Assembly: GCA_903916255.1 (NCBI GenBank)
Contig: CAIWVW010000086.1
Location: 381 to 64,380 of the forward strand
Source of the DNA: an uncultured Bacteroidota bacterium
Lineage (GTDB): Bacteria > Bacteroidota > Bacteroidia > JABEUT01
DNA: 64,000 nt
Direction: 5' to 3'
Positions 1 through 10,400 of this stretch are shown piece after piece. A model generated the notes under the pieces. It was not told where the DNA came from. It worked only from the letters and a program-made list of their open reading frames with translations, and did no database searches. Made by a program: the position numbers and the translations under genes. Within the stretch, counting starts at the first letter, position 1. Every line of letters begins with the position of its first letter.

Positions 1-68
1 ATTTATATAATTCAAAGCTTATAAACTACCTTCTTGATGGAAACCAGTTTATAAGCCATTATTATGCC

Positions 69-1466
69 TTGAATAGAATACCTGCACCTAACCTTACCGA
101 CCATTACCTGCTGGCTCTTTTGATGACGGTCTTTTCATGGCAGCTTGCAGAAAAAATTTTGATAGTGATATACCTGTTAAGTTTTTCACTCCTTTTTCGC
201 AAACTCCTAAAGCAGTGGAGCGGTGCGAATACTGTATTCAGCGTTTTTGCCATACCATTTTCCTTCTCTTCTTTTTATTATTTGGGGTTCTATAATTTCT
301 GTCTTTCTTTTCCCCTATTGTTTGGGATGCTTATATATTATCATAAATACTTTACAGGTGCGGGCAATAGACCTACGGGCTCTAAATATTTTATACTTTT
401 CCTTCTGTCGACTCTTTTATATTTCACCAATGGGCTTGCATTTTTATTTGCGGGAGGCAGTCTCTTTTTGCTGGAGATGGGTTTTCCGACTAATATCAGG
501 CCTTTTTTGAGAGGGAAAACAAAGTGGAAAAGAATACTGTTGTTTTTCCTGGTATGGCTTCCGGGTCTACTATGCTTCCTTGCATTTATGGCAATGGTTC
601 ATACAAATCCTACCTATAAAAGGATACCATTGCATGACATGTTTCATTGGCTTAATGTTATTAAAACCATTACCTATTCAGCCAGCGACGAGAGATATAC
701 AAGATTAATTGCTTACTTGGTTTGTATAATGATGGCTGTAGGAATATATAATCGGGTAAAAAAATTGGGTGCAAGAAAAATAGTTGATTACGATTTCTTT
801 CTTTTATTATCCGCTATTTCGTTACTATGCTTTATCCTTGTGCCTGATGACTCTATCGTGGGGATGATGTCGTTCAGGTTTTCGTATTTCTTTTTTATTT
901 TTATAGTCCTGTGGGCTATTTTGCTGCCAAACAATAAAATAATTTCCATGTTAATTTCCATGAGTGTAATAGCAATTTACTTTACTGTGTTATTTAAAAT
1001 TCATCAGCCTATTATTTCTAATTTAAACAAAGATTTGGAAGCAGTTGAAGCCGCAGGAAAAATGATCAACCCGAATAGTGTTGTTTTGGCAAAAGACTAT
1101 ACGAATAATTGGCTGCTCTTTCACTTTGCAGATTACTTGGGTATTAACAAACCACTAGTTATACTTGAAAATTATGAAGCCGATGATGGTTGGTTTGCTG
1201 CTAAATGGAACAATGGCCACCTACCCAATGTTCTTATAAATGGGCATGGACCAAATTTCGGGTATTATAACATGACTTGCGAACCTTCCAACGAAAAGAA
1301 AGCAATAGATTATATATTTGTTTACGGGGACTATAAAGATACGATACAAAGGCCCGATGCAAAAGTAATGCGAAGTATTTTAAGCGAGGAATACAAACTT
1401 ATTTACACATCTGCAGATAGTAATATTCACGTTTTTTCTCGGCAGAATAGCGTTATTTCCCATTGA
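69..1466 (+). CDS. Polytopic integral membrane protein with C-terminal soluble domain (possibly GT-C-like); TTG/N-terminally uncertain, may continue upstream of window
   Basis: 465-aa ORF with more than 10 hydrophobic helices then a soluble C-terminal domain of about 150 aa. The ORF opens with a non-ATG codon at the window edge. An internal same-strand ORF at 223..510 is rejected as overlap noise. Confidence 0.5.
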   Translation: MNRIPAPNLTDHYLLALLMTVFSWQLAEKILIVIYLLSFSLLFRKLLKQWSGANTVFSVFAIPFSFSSFYYLGFYNFCLSFPLLFGMLIYYHKYFTGAGNRPTGSKYFILFLLSTLLYFTNGLAFLFAGGSLFLLEMGFPTNIRPFLRGKTKWKRILLFFLVWLPGLLCFLAFMAMVHTNPTYKRIPLHDMFHWLNVIKTITYSASDERYTRLIAYLVCIMMAVGIYNRVKKLGARKIVDYDFFLLLSAISLLCFILVPDDSIVGMMSFRFSYFFFIFIVLWAILLPNNKIISMLISMSVIAIYFTVLFKIHQPIISNLNKDLEAVEAAGKMINPNSVVLAKDYTNNWLLFHFADYLGINKPLVILENYEADDGWFAAKWNNGHLPNVLINGHGPNFGYYNMTCEPSNEKKAIDYIFVYGDYKDTIQRPDAKVMRSILSEEYKLIYTSADSNIHVFSRQNSVISH

Positions 1467-1517
1467 ATTATAGCCTGAGAAAAAATAGTACATTTGTAGG
1501 CTTTTTCAAAAATACCT

Positions 1518-2456
1518 ATGGATACTGTTAATACTGAGCCTGAAAACAAAAAACCGGAAGAAAAGGAACGCCGTAATCGTTTTTTAATAATTATTATATT
1601 TATTCTTTTACTGCTCATTATCATACTGGGCTGGCAATACTTTAACCAACGGCAAACGGTAGTTGAAAAAGTGAAAATAGTGGAAGTTGAAAAAATCCGT
1701 ACAGATAGCCTTACTTCCGATTTGATAGGCTTGCAGGCACAGTATGCCTCCTTAAAAACCAGTAATACTGATATTCAAGCCCAACTGGACAGTAAAAAGG
1801 ACTCGATAACAATGCTGATGCAACAGGCGCAGAAATATAAAAATGACCCTTATATTATTGCCCAGTTAAAGAAGGAAACAAATACCCTTCGGAAAATTAT
1901 GCAGGATTTTGTGCATACAATCGATTCGCTGAATACGCTTAACCAGCAACTTACTACGGAAAGAAATACGGCGGTTAAATCACTGAATGAGGAAAAGAAA
2001 ACTTCCAGCCAGCTAAAGAAAGAAAAAGGCGAATTGCAGGATAAAGTTTTAAAAGGTTCATTGTTACAGGCTACCTCCATAAGCGCGGAAGGTATATTTT
2101 TAAGGTTTGGGAAAAAGGAAGTTACTACAGAAAAGGCTCGTAAATCGGAAAAGCTGAAAGTGCAATTTACCATTGCAGCCAACCGGATAACTCAGGCAGG
2201 AGACAAAACCATTTACATTCGTGTAATCTCTCCCGATGCAAAAGAACTTTCTAAAACAGCAGATGAATCAAGCCTCTTTAATTTTGAAGGTACTAAGGGT
2301 TTTTATTCAGGTATGCAAACCATAGATTATGCAAATCAGGAAATGAGCCTTTCTGTTTATTGTGAAAGTAACAGTGGATTTGCCCCCGGTAAGTATATTA
2401 TTAAAATATATACCGATGAGGCTGAAATAGGGGAAACAGCAATGACCCTAAAATAA
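1518..2456 (+). CDS. Membrane-anchored coiled-coil protein, unknown function
   Basis: N-terminal charged segment followed by one transmembrane helix (IIIIFILLLLIIILGW), then a long heptad-like Q/K/E-rich segment and a C-terminal globular domain. Sits in the 12-bp gap between two large membrane proteins on the same strand. Confidence 0.5.
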   Translation: MDTVNTEPENKKPEEKERRNRFLIIIIFILLLLIIILGWQYFNQRQTVVEKVKIVEVEKIRTDSLTSDLIGLQAQYASLKTSNTDIQAQLDSKKDSITMLMQQAQKYKNDPYIIAQLKKETNTLRKIMQDFVHTIDSLNTLNQQLTTERNTAVKSLNEEKKTSSQLKKEKGELQDKVLKGSLLQATSISAEGIFLRFGKKEVTTEKARKSEKLKVQFTIAANRITQAGDKTIYIRVISPDAKELSKTADESSLFNFEGTKGFYSGMQTIDYANQEMSLSVYCESNSGFAPGKYIIKIYTDEAEIGETAMTLK

Positions 2457-2468
2457 TAAGCTGAAGAG

Positions 2469-4181
2469 ATGGCACAACCAAATAAACTCAGTGGTAAACC
2501 TTCAGGTGCAAAAGCGCGGGATAAGAAACCGCCGGTTTATTCTGCCGTAAAAAAGGAAGCATCAACCCTTTTCAGTTCCTTAGATAAATGGATAGATAAA
2601 AACTCCAGAACTCTTTTAATAATTATTTTCGGCCTGGGTGGTTTATTTTCGCTTTTAATTTTTCAGGCCCGTATGGATATTGGCGGAGATGACTCAACCT
2701 ATATTCTCAGGGCATATGATTTTCTGCATAAAGGCGCTTTTCCATCCTTTCAAGGGCCTTTATATCCAATGTTCCTTAGCATTTTTGTTTCTTTTTTAGG
2801 AATCAATGTTATTTTCCTGAAGTTTCTTTCTATTATCTGTAATGTAGTAGCGCTTCTTTTCCTTTACAAATCATTTAAAGGCAGGGTTCCTTCATTCGTT
2901 TTGTATAGCGTTCTGTTGCTTACCGCCATCAATACGTTCATTCTTAATTATGCCAGCCTTACTTATAGTGAGGCTTTCTTTATGGCATTGCAGTTTGTGT
3001 TCTTCTTCTATTTTTTCAAACTTTTGGATAAAGTTAAAAACAATACTTCCATGCCAATTAAGGAATCTTGGAAGAGTTGGGCTGTTGTGGGACTTATTAT
3101 TTTCTTAATGGCTTCAGCCAGAACGGTAGGCATATTTGCCATTGGCGGAATGATACTCTATTTTGCCATACGCAAACAATATCGCTATATTCTTTATCTG
3201 TTGGTTGCTTTTTTAATATTTTATATCCCAATAGGTTTTATTGAAAAAATAATATGGCATGCACAAAACCAGTTTGGCGGACAAAGCAGCCAGTATATGC
3301 AGAAAAACGCCTATAATGCCGCCGATGGGCAGGAAAATTTCAACGGGTTTGTTATGCGGTTTTTCCAGAATTGCGATTTGTATTTATCCAAACGTTTTTT
3401 TCAAATAATCGGGTTGCGTTCATTCGATGCAACAACTACCATTACAGGGCTTACTTTTTTATTTTTATTTGCCTTTTTCTTTTCTATTTATCGGGTTATC
3501 CGGTCTAAAAACACCTATCTGTTGGCTGTTGGCATGTATGCGCTCAGCCTTACCGGAATTACTTTTCTAGTGCTTCAAATTCAGTGGGACCAACCTCGCC
3601 TGATAATGGTTTTTGTACCGCTGTATTTAATGATATTCATCTATGCAATGTACGACACCCTTAAAAAAGCCCCATGGGCCTTACAGTTTATAGGGGTTTT
3701 TATAGTGGGTATTTTAGTTATTTCCGAATTTAAGGCTACTGTTAATAAAACGAAAGAAAACTTGCCGTTGCTTAGTAAGAATCTTCATGGCGATATCTTT
3801 TATGGATTTACACCTGATTGGGTTAACTACCTTAAATTGAGTCAATGGTGCGAAAATTTGCCAAAAGATTCATTAGTGGCTTGCCGGAAGGGGCCCATGT
3901 CAACAGTGTATGCCAATGGGCGCGAGTTTTTTAATGTGGTTGTGGTAGATAGCACCCATTCTACCAATGCAGATTCGGTAATATCCTGGTTCAAAAGAAA
4001 TAATGTGCGGTATATATTGTTAGCAAAGCTACGTTTGAACCCTCAAAACCCTGACCAGGGCTTTATAAATACCATGCACAGGCTTATTTCGCCTATTGCC
4101 AGAAAATATCCGCAAAAAATAAAATTTATCAGGCAAGAGGGCACCTCGGAAGAGGCTCAATTGTATGAAATTTTATATTGA
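2469..4181 (+). CDS. GT-C fold membrane glycosyltransferase (family 39/83, ArnT/PMT-like)
   Basis: 570 aa. N-terminal cytoplasmic basic tail, then a first periplasmic loop carrying DDSTYILRAYDF (D[DE]xxY, the GT-C catalytic-loop motif seen in ArnT and PMT). About 11 transmembrane helices and a C-terminal soluble domain of about 150 aa. Confidence 0.6.
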   Translation: MAQPNKLSGKPSGAKARDKKPPVYSAVKKEASTLFSSLDKWIDKNSRTLLIIIFGLGGLFSLLIFQARMDIGGDDSTYILRAYDFLHKGAFPSFQGPLYPMFLSIFVSFLGINVIFLKFLSIICNVVALLFLYKSFKGRVPSFVLYSVLLLTAINTFILNYASLTYSEAFFMALQFVFFFYFFKLLDKVKNNTSMPIKESWKSWAVVGLIIFLMASARTVGIFAIGGMILYFAIRKQYRYILYLLVAFLIFYIPIGFIEKIIWHAQNQFGGQSSQYMQKNAYNAADGQENFNGFVMRFFQNCDLYLSKRFFQIIGLRSFDATTTITGLTFLFLFAFFFSIYRVIRSKNTYLLAVGMYALSLTGITFLVLQIQWDQPRLIMVFVPLYLMIFIYAMYDTLKKAPWALQFIGVFIVGILVISEFKATVNKTKENLPLLSKNLHGDIFYGFTPDWVNYLKLSQWCENLPKDSLVACRKGPMSTVYANGREFFNVVVVDSTHSTNADSVISWFKRNNVRYILLAKLRLNPQNPDQGFINTMHRLISPIARKYPQKIKFIRQEGTSEEAQLYEILY

Positions 4182-4504
4182 TTTTTTGCTGTCCCCAACG
4201 TAAACACTTCTATCTTCGTTTAATAACATAAAGATAACGGTAGATTAAGGTTAATTCAAGGTAGTTTTTTAAAAGGGAATAAAATGAGGAATTTTTCGAC
4301 CTTTTGAAAAAATTAATCATCTGGAAATCAGTTAATATTTAAAAAATATGATTTTAAACAGTAGGGTGTTAATTAAAAAATAACTATATTGGGGTTTCGT
4401 TAAAATACTGAGTTAAACGCAATTAATACTTAAAAGTTACAATTTTTTAATTTAATAAGTAAAGAAAAAATGGGTTCATTCCCCAAAACATAAAAAATAG
4501 ATTT

Positions 4505-6058
4505 ATGAAAAACAAGTACCTTAAAACCTCTTTAGTAATAGCAGCCGCATTTTTTGCAGTGCCTGTATTTTCTCAAAATATTGGTATTAATACCTCTGGT
4601 GGTGCAGCTAACTCTTCTGCAATTTTAGATTTGAATACTGGCAATACTTTCACAAGCCCAAATGGAAAGGGGTTACTTATTCCAAATATTGCCCTCACAG
4701 GTGTTAATGATGCTGCAACTATTGCATCACCGGCAACCAGTTTGATGGTTTATGTTCCAACCGGAAGCGGGCTTTCACCTGCCGGATATTATTATAATTC
4801 AGGAACTCCGGGAGCTCCTGTTTGGAGCTCTATGGGTGGAGGTGCCTCCATAAGCGGTTCGGGTACATTAAATTATTATGCTCGTTGGACGCCTAATGGT
4901 ACTACTTTAGGTGTGGGTTTCACAGAAGATAATGGGACCTCTATTTCAATGAGTAATCCTGCCAGTGCACCAATAAATGCAAATATGCTTACCGTAACCG
5001 GTAATTCAACATCTGTTAATGCTATTTTAGGCCAAGTTACAGGTGTAAATGCTGCAAATGGAGTAGAAGGCCTTGTAACAACAACAGGGGGCAGTGGTGG
5101 TAATGGTGTATTAGGAAGTATTGGCGGTAGCGGAGGTGGTAATCAATATGGGGTTAATGGTACATCTACTGTAACTGCAGGTAATGGGTATGGAGTTGTA
5201 GGTTCTGCAACAGGCTCAGGTGCTACAAATAATTATGGCGGTTATTTTTCAGCCAGTGGAGCAACAAACAATTATGGTGTTATTGTTCCTAGCGCCGGGG
5301 GACTTTCAGGATTTTATACCAATATACCGGTTAATACTGTAGATGATTATGGTTCTCTAGGCACTCAAATTTCCAGTGCTTTGGTAACTGGCGCTGTTAC
5401 GTTAGATGCCACCTATCATACCGTATTGGCAAATCCAACTGGCGGTAGTTTTACTATTACATTACCCGGTGGTGCTGCAAGCAATATTAGAAGAGAATAT
5501 CGAATAGTGTTCGCTCCTTCGGCTGCTACTACTAATGTTGTCACCATTACACCATCCTCCGGTTCAATAATTTTTGGTGCTACAACGGTAACTTCATTTA
5601 CCTTGAATGGGGGGTCTATTTTATTGCAAAGCAATGGAGGTAACTGGTACGTGACTCAAAACTCAGACTTAGACTACTATGTAGAAGCCTATACTGTTAA
5701 CGGCTTAGCAAGTGGTAATGCAGGATGTTTTTCTGCAAATACAGCCGCTATGCAAACGGTTACATCAATTACAATAGTAAATGCTGGTACCTATATTATT
5801 ACGGCCTCTTGCGAAGGTGGGTCACTTTGTACTGCGGCCCCATATATAGAATTAACAGATGGCGGTGCTTATCAGGATGTTCAGGTTGCTTATAATGGAT
5901 ATTCGTATACTGTACCCTATGGCTGGCAGCCATATGCATGGGCTAAAGAAGAAACTGTTGCTGCAAATACTACATTTTATATAAAGGCTCAAGAAACCGC
6001 TTGTGGCTCTACCGGATATGTTCGTAATGCACACATCGCTGCTATTAGAGTCCATTAA
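4505..6058 (+). CDS. Secreted Gly/Ser/Thr/Asn-rich repetitive surface protein, unknown function
   Basis: Signal peptide MKNKYLKTSLVIAAAFFAVPVFSQ. Low-complexity core with repeats such as GATNNYGGYFSASGATNNYG. C-terminal Cys-containing domain. No T9SS C-terminal domain. Preceded by 320 bp of AT-rich non-coding DNA. Confidence 0.55.
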   Translation: MKNKYLKTSLVIAAAFFAVPVFSQNIGINTSGGAANSSAILDLNTGNTFTSPNGKGLLIPNIALTGVNDAATIASPATSLMVYVPTGSGLSPAGYYYNSGTPGAPVWSSMGGGASISGSGTLNYYARWTPNGTTLGVGFTEDNGTSISMSNPASAPINANMLTVTGNSTSVNAILGQVTGVNAANGVEGLVTTTGGSGGNGVLGSIGGSGGGNQYGVNGTSTVTAGNGYGVVGSATGSGATNNYGGYFSASGATNNYGVIVPSAGGLSGFYTNIPVNTVDDYGSLGTQISSALVTGAVTLDATYHTVLANPTGGSFTITLPGGAASNIRREYRIVFAPSAATTNVVTITPSSGSIIFGATTVTSFTLNGGSILLQSNGGNWYVTQNSDLDYYVEAYTVNGLASGNAGCFSANTAAMQTVTSITIVNAGTYIITASCEGGSLCTAAPYIELTDGGAYQDVQVAYNGYSYTVPYGWQPYAWAKEETVAANTTFYIKAQETACGSTGYVRNAHIAAIRVH

Positions 6059-6103
6059 TAAAAATAGATAGTAATTTTTTATAACAAGATTTTTTTAATT
6101 TCC

Positions 6104-6409
6104 ATGAATACTTCTAATCCGATTGTATTATTAATTGTTTTATCCGCATTACCTTCTCTTACATTTGGTCAATCGGTGGATTCGGCAAGAATTGGAATTA
6201 TTAGCCAAAAACCGACAATAGGAATTAATACTAATTCGCCAATCGGTTCAGAAAAATTCCGTACTCAGGAACCATCAAAAAGCGCCTTGCTAAATAAAAT
6301 TTCAAATAGGAATTCCGGAACCGGCAATGAATCTCTGAATAAAGGGAAATCGGTCCCTAAGGCAGCAGATGCTAAACAAACATCCCTTCCAATTAAGCCC
6401 AAGGAATAA
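6104..6409 (+). CDS. Small secreted low-complexity protein (hypothetical)
   Basis: 101 aa with a signal peptide (LLIVLSALPSLTFGQ) followed by an S/N/K/P-rich sequence. Weak coding signal. Confidence 0.3.
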   Translation: MNTSNPIVLLIVLSALPSLTFGQSVDSARIGIISQKPTIGINTNSPIGSEKFRTQEPSKSALLNKISNRNSGTGNESLNKGKSVPKAADAKQTSLPIKPKE

Positions 6410-6524
6410 ATCTTCTATTAATTAAAATAATAGGTGATACTTAAATATAGGTATTGTACCGTACCTTAATATGGTATTATATTAGTTAATAACACTTATT
6501 TTCCCAAAACAATGTTTTATGGAG

Positions 6525-7436
6525 TTACTCAGATACCGTTTTCGTCTTAGCCCTGTTAAAGGTTATGCCAATATACATTTCGGTAGTGCCTACGCTGTAA
6601 TTGTGAATATCGGTAACAGCATAGTCATAGGAGAAACCAAAGGTCAGATTCTTTTGATATACGTATCCAATCATGGCATAAGCGGCATCCATAGTGCGGT
6701 ATCCTCCGCCAATCCAAAATTTTTCCTGGTATAATATCCGGGCTCCCATATCAAATTGAGGTGGAACTGGGAATACATAATTTGCCACTACACAAGGCTT
6801 GAATTGAAAATCTTTTCCTAAATCAAAATTATAGCCTGCCGTTGCATAGTAGTGGGTTACCATAATATTTTGTGCATCGGCATAATTGTTCAGCTTGGCA
6901 GTCATGGGTATAATTTGAGGTGCAGCAATACCGACATAGAATTTTGAACTGTATAAATAAACACCAGCTGCAAAGTCAGGAACAATGGCCGATTCCAATT
7001 GATTTACCAATGCCTGGTCATTGCTTTGCTCCAATGATATTGACTGGCCATCTACTGCAAATTGCAAGGCTCCTGCGGCAAGACCAAATGAAAGCTTAAG
7101 TGTCTTGTTTAGTTGCAAGTGGTAAGAATAGGCTGCTGTAAATCCGGTGCGTCGGGTAGGGCCTGTAATATCAGTAAACACATATGTGCCTATGCCCATA
7201 TGTTCGGATTGAATGGGGCCATCAAAGGTGAGAACATAAGTTCTTGGGGCATCGGTTATTCCAATCCACTGGAAGCGGTTGTCGGACTTTACGTTAAAGT
7301 AGTCCTGTGTGCCCGCAATAGCCGGGTTCATTGAAAAATCATTCAGCATGTATTGGCTGTAGATAGGCAACTGCTGAGCTTTCAAAGCACCTGAAAGTAA
7401 GGCAAGTAATGCCGACAAAAGTGTAAGTTTACGCAT
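6525..7436 (-). CDS. PorP/SprF family type IX secretion system membrane protein
   Basis: N-terminus MRKLTLLSALLALLSGALKAQQLPIYSQYMLNDFSMNPAIAGT matches the PorP/SprF signature (QQxPxYSQY...NPAxAG). About 300-aa beta-barrel-like protein lying 10 nt downstream of a T9SS type-B cargo gene, the canonical pairing. Confidence 0.85.
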   Translation of the reverse strand: MRKLTLLSALLALLSGALKAQQLPIYSQYMLNDFSMNPAIAGTQDYFNVKSDNRFQWIGITDAPRTYVLTFDGPIQSEHMGIGTYVFTDITGPTRRTGFTAAYSYHLQLNKTLKLSFGLAAGALQFAVDGQSISLEQSNDQALVNQLESAIVPDFAAGVYLYSSKFYVGIAAPQIIPMTAKLNNYADAQNIMVTHYYATAGYNFDLGKDFQFKPCVVANYVFPVPPQFDMGARILYQEKFWIGGGYRTMDAAYAMIGYVYQKNLTFGFSYDYAVTDIHNYSVGTTEMYIGITFNRAKTKTVSE

Positions 7437-7446
7437 GGTTTTTAGT

Positions 7447-10400
7447 TTATCTTAAAATAGTGACTGGGCCGGTATAATTCTGAGTATATCTCGGGTCGTG
7501 AAGGTTAATAATGTAATAGTAAGTTCCAACAGGTACTGGTTTTCCATTATAGGTGCCATCCCATGGGGTGCTATACCCTACAGAACGGAATAAAAGTTCT
7601 CCCCAACGGTTATAAACTTCTACCACCACAGCCGGGAAGTTGTACACATATCCTATGTTCCACACATCATTTTGGCCATCTCCATTAGGAGTGAATCCAT
7701 CGGGAATAATAATTTGCGGAACTACAAATACGGTTACAGTATCAGAACCTGGGCATCCGCCGGGGTTGTTTGCAAATACAGTATAAGTAGTAGTTATGGT
7801 AGGTGTAGCAACAGGGTTTGAACCTGTGCTGTCGTTCAGGCTTGAACTTGGTTCCCAGAAGTAGGTTGAGCCTGAAGGTGCAGTCGGGTTTCCGCCTAAG
7901 GTTACACTCTGATTTGGGATAATCGATTGCGTTGTTCCTGCATCAACCGAAATGGCAGGGTTAATGGTAACTACTGTTGTTGCGGTATCGGTGCATCCGC
8001 CATTGCTTACAACCAAGATATAACTGGTGGTTACTGAAGGGGTAACTGTAACTGTGGTTGTATCGCTGATTGGGTTAAGGCCCGGCATCTGGAACCATTG
8101 AAACGTTAATGCATTAATACTGCTGTCGCCATTTAAGGTAACCGGATTATGAGCGCAGATAGAAGTATCACTTCCTCCAATTGCAATTACTGTTTGCATA
8201 GAAGTTACAATAACCGTATCTGCAGTGGTACAACCTGTTGCATCCGTCACTGTTAATGTATATGTTCCTGATAATATGTTCGATTGGTTTTGGTTAGTGC
8301 TTCCATTCGACCAGCTATAGGTATATGGAGCATTGCCACTACTGACCGAAACTGAGATGGCTCCGTTGTTTGAACTGTTGCAAGTTGAAGACGTAACCGT
8401 ATTGCTTACAGCCATACCCGGAGGATTAGTAAAGTTCACACTATCAATAATGGTACACCTGTTCGAATCTTCAACAACAATGGTATAAGTGATTCCCGGG
8501 CATAAGTTTTTAATGGTGTCGTTATAATACATATTGGTTGAAGAATGACTTGAAACAGTATATGTATATGGAGAAGTTCCGCCTGTAACACTTACTATGG
8601 CAATACCATCGCATGAATTGTGGCATTGGATTGTATTGGCTGAAATGGAAACGGCAAGTGGGGCAGGGGCAGTAATATTTACCGTGGTTGTTTGAGAACA
8701 TCCTGAATTATCGGTTACTGATAGTGTATATAAACCTGCACACAAACCAGTGACAGATTGTCCGGTTGCACTATTGCTCCATGTGTATGTATAAGGCGCT
8801 GTTCCACCTGTGGCAGTAGCTGTGGCAGTTCCATTACAAGAACCATTACAGGTGGCGTTTGTTTGTGTAGTGGTAATAGTTATTGCAGTAGGCTGGGTTA
8901 TTGTAACCATAACCGATGCAGTACATCCATTATTATCAGTAACAGTTACCGTATAAGTATTGGCACAAAGATTTGCTTCTGTCGCATTTGTTCCGCCTCC
9001 TGGGCTCCATGAATAGGTATAGGGGGCTGTTCCGCCGCTCGCAGAAACGGTAGCACTTCCGTTGCAACTTCCATTGCAAGTTACATTGGTGCTCGAAGTG
9101 AGGGTAGCACTCAACACTGTAAGTGGTTGTGTTATATTAATTGACGCGGTTGTCGTACAACCATTATTATCAGTAACGGTAACAGTATATGCTCCTGCAC
9201 AAAGCCCTGTTGCTGTGGCGTTGGTTCCACCGCTTGGTGTCCACAAATAATTATAAGGGGCTGTTCCGCCACTTGCAGTAACGGTAGCTACGCCATTGCA
9301 GTTTCCGGTACATGTTACATTTACGCTGGATGTAATAGATGCGGAAAGTGAAGTTGTTGGCTGGGTAATAGTTACAGATGCTGTAACCGAACAATTATTG
9401 TTATCTGTAACTGTAATCGTATAACTACCCGGACAAAGCCCTGTTGCTGTAGCGTTGGTTCCACCGCTCGGTGTCCATAAATAGGTATAAGGTGCAGTGC
9501 CACCTCCTATTGATGCGGTAGCTTGTCCATTGCAATCGCCATTGCAGCTTACATTAATTTGCGAAGTAGAAATACTGAGTGCATTTGGCTGCGTAATGTT
9601 TATTCTTACTGAATCTTTACATCCATTTGCATCAGTAACCACTATTTCATAATTTCCGGCACAAAGGTTATTAATAGAAGTAGTGGTTGCACCATTGCTC
9701 CATGAATAGGTATATGCAGGGGTTCCACCTGTTACGGTTGCGTTTGCAGTTCCATTGCAGTTTCCATTGCAACTTTCGTTGGTTTGGGTTGTGGTAATTG
9801 CAAGTGCTGTAGGTTGGGTTATCGTTACTGTTACCGAATCTTTACACCCATGAGAATCTGTTACAGTTAATTTGTAAGAACCACTGCAAAGGCTGCTAAT
9901 AGTTGCTGTAGTTGCACCATTGCTCCAGTTATATACATATGCAGGGCTTCCTCCGCTCACTGTTGCGCTTGCAGTTCCATTGCAATTTCCATTGCAGGAA
10001 ATATTAGTTTGCGTAGTTGTTATGGCAATAGCATTTGGCTGAGTAATCGTTACCATCAAGGTATCTGCGCAGCCGTGATTATCAGTAACAACAAACTTGT
10101 AGTTTCCGGCACATAAACCTGTAACAGATGCAGTAGTAGCACCATTACTCCAGGAGTAAGTATAAGCAGGGGTACCGCCGCTTACGGTAGCTGTTGCAGT
10201 TCCGTTGCAACTTCCATTGCAGGTAACATTGGTTTGTGATGTTGTTGCAACTAAGGCCGTAGGCTCAGTGGTAATAACATCAACCGAGTCTTTACAGCCG
10301 TGAGAATCGGTAACTACTATACGGGTTGTTCCGCTACATAATCCGGCAATGGATGTTGTAGTTGCACCAGTATTCCATTTGTAAGTGTAAGGCGCATTTC

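Noticed and set aside
223-510. 95-aa plus-strand ORF nested in the first membrane-protein gene
   Set aside because: Alternative frame of a hydrophobic-helix-rich gene. Nested same-strand ORFs in F/L/I-rich genes are common artefacts.
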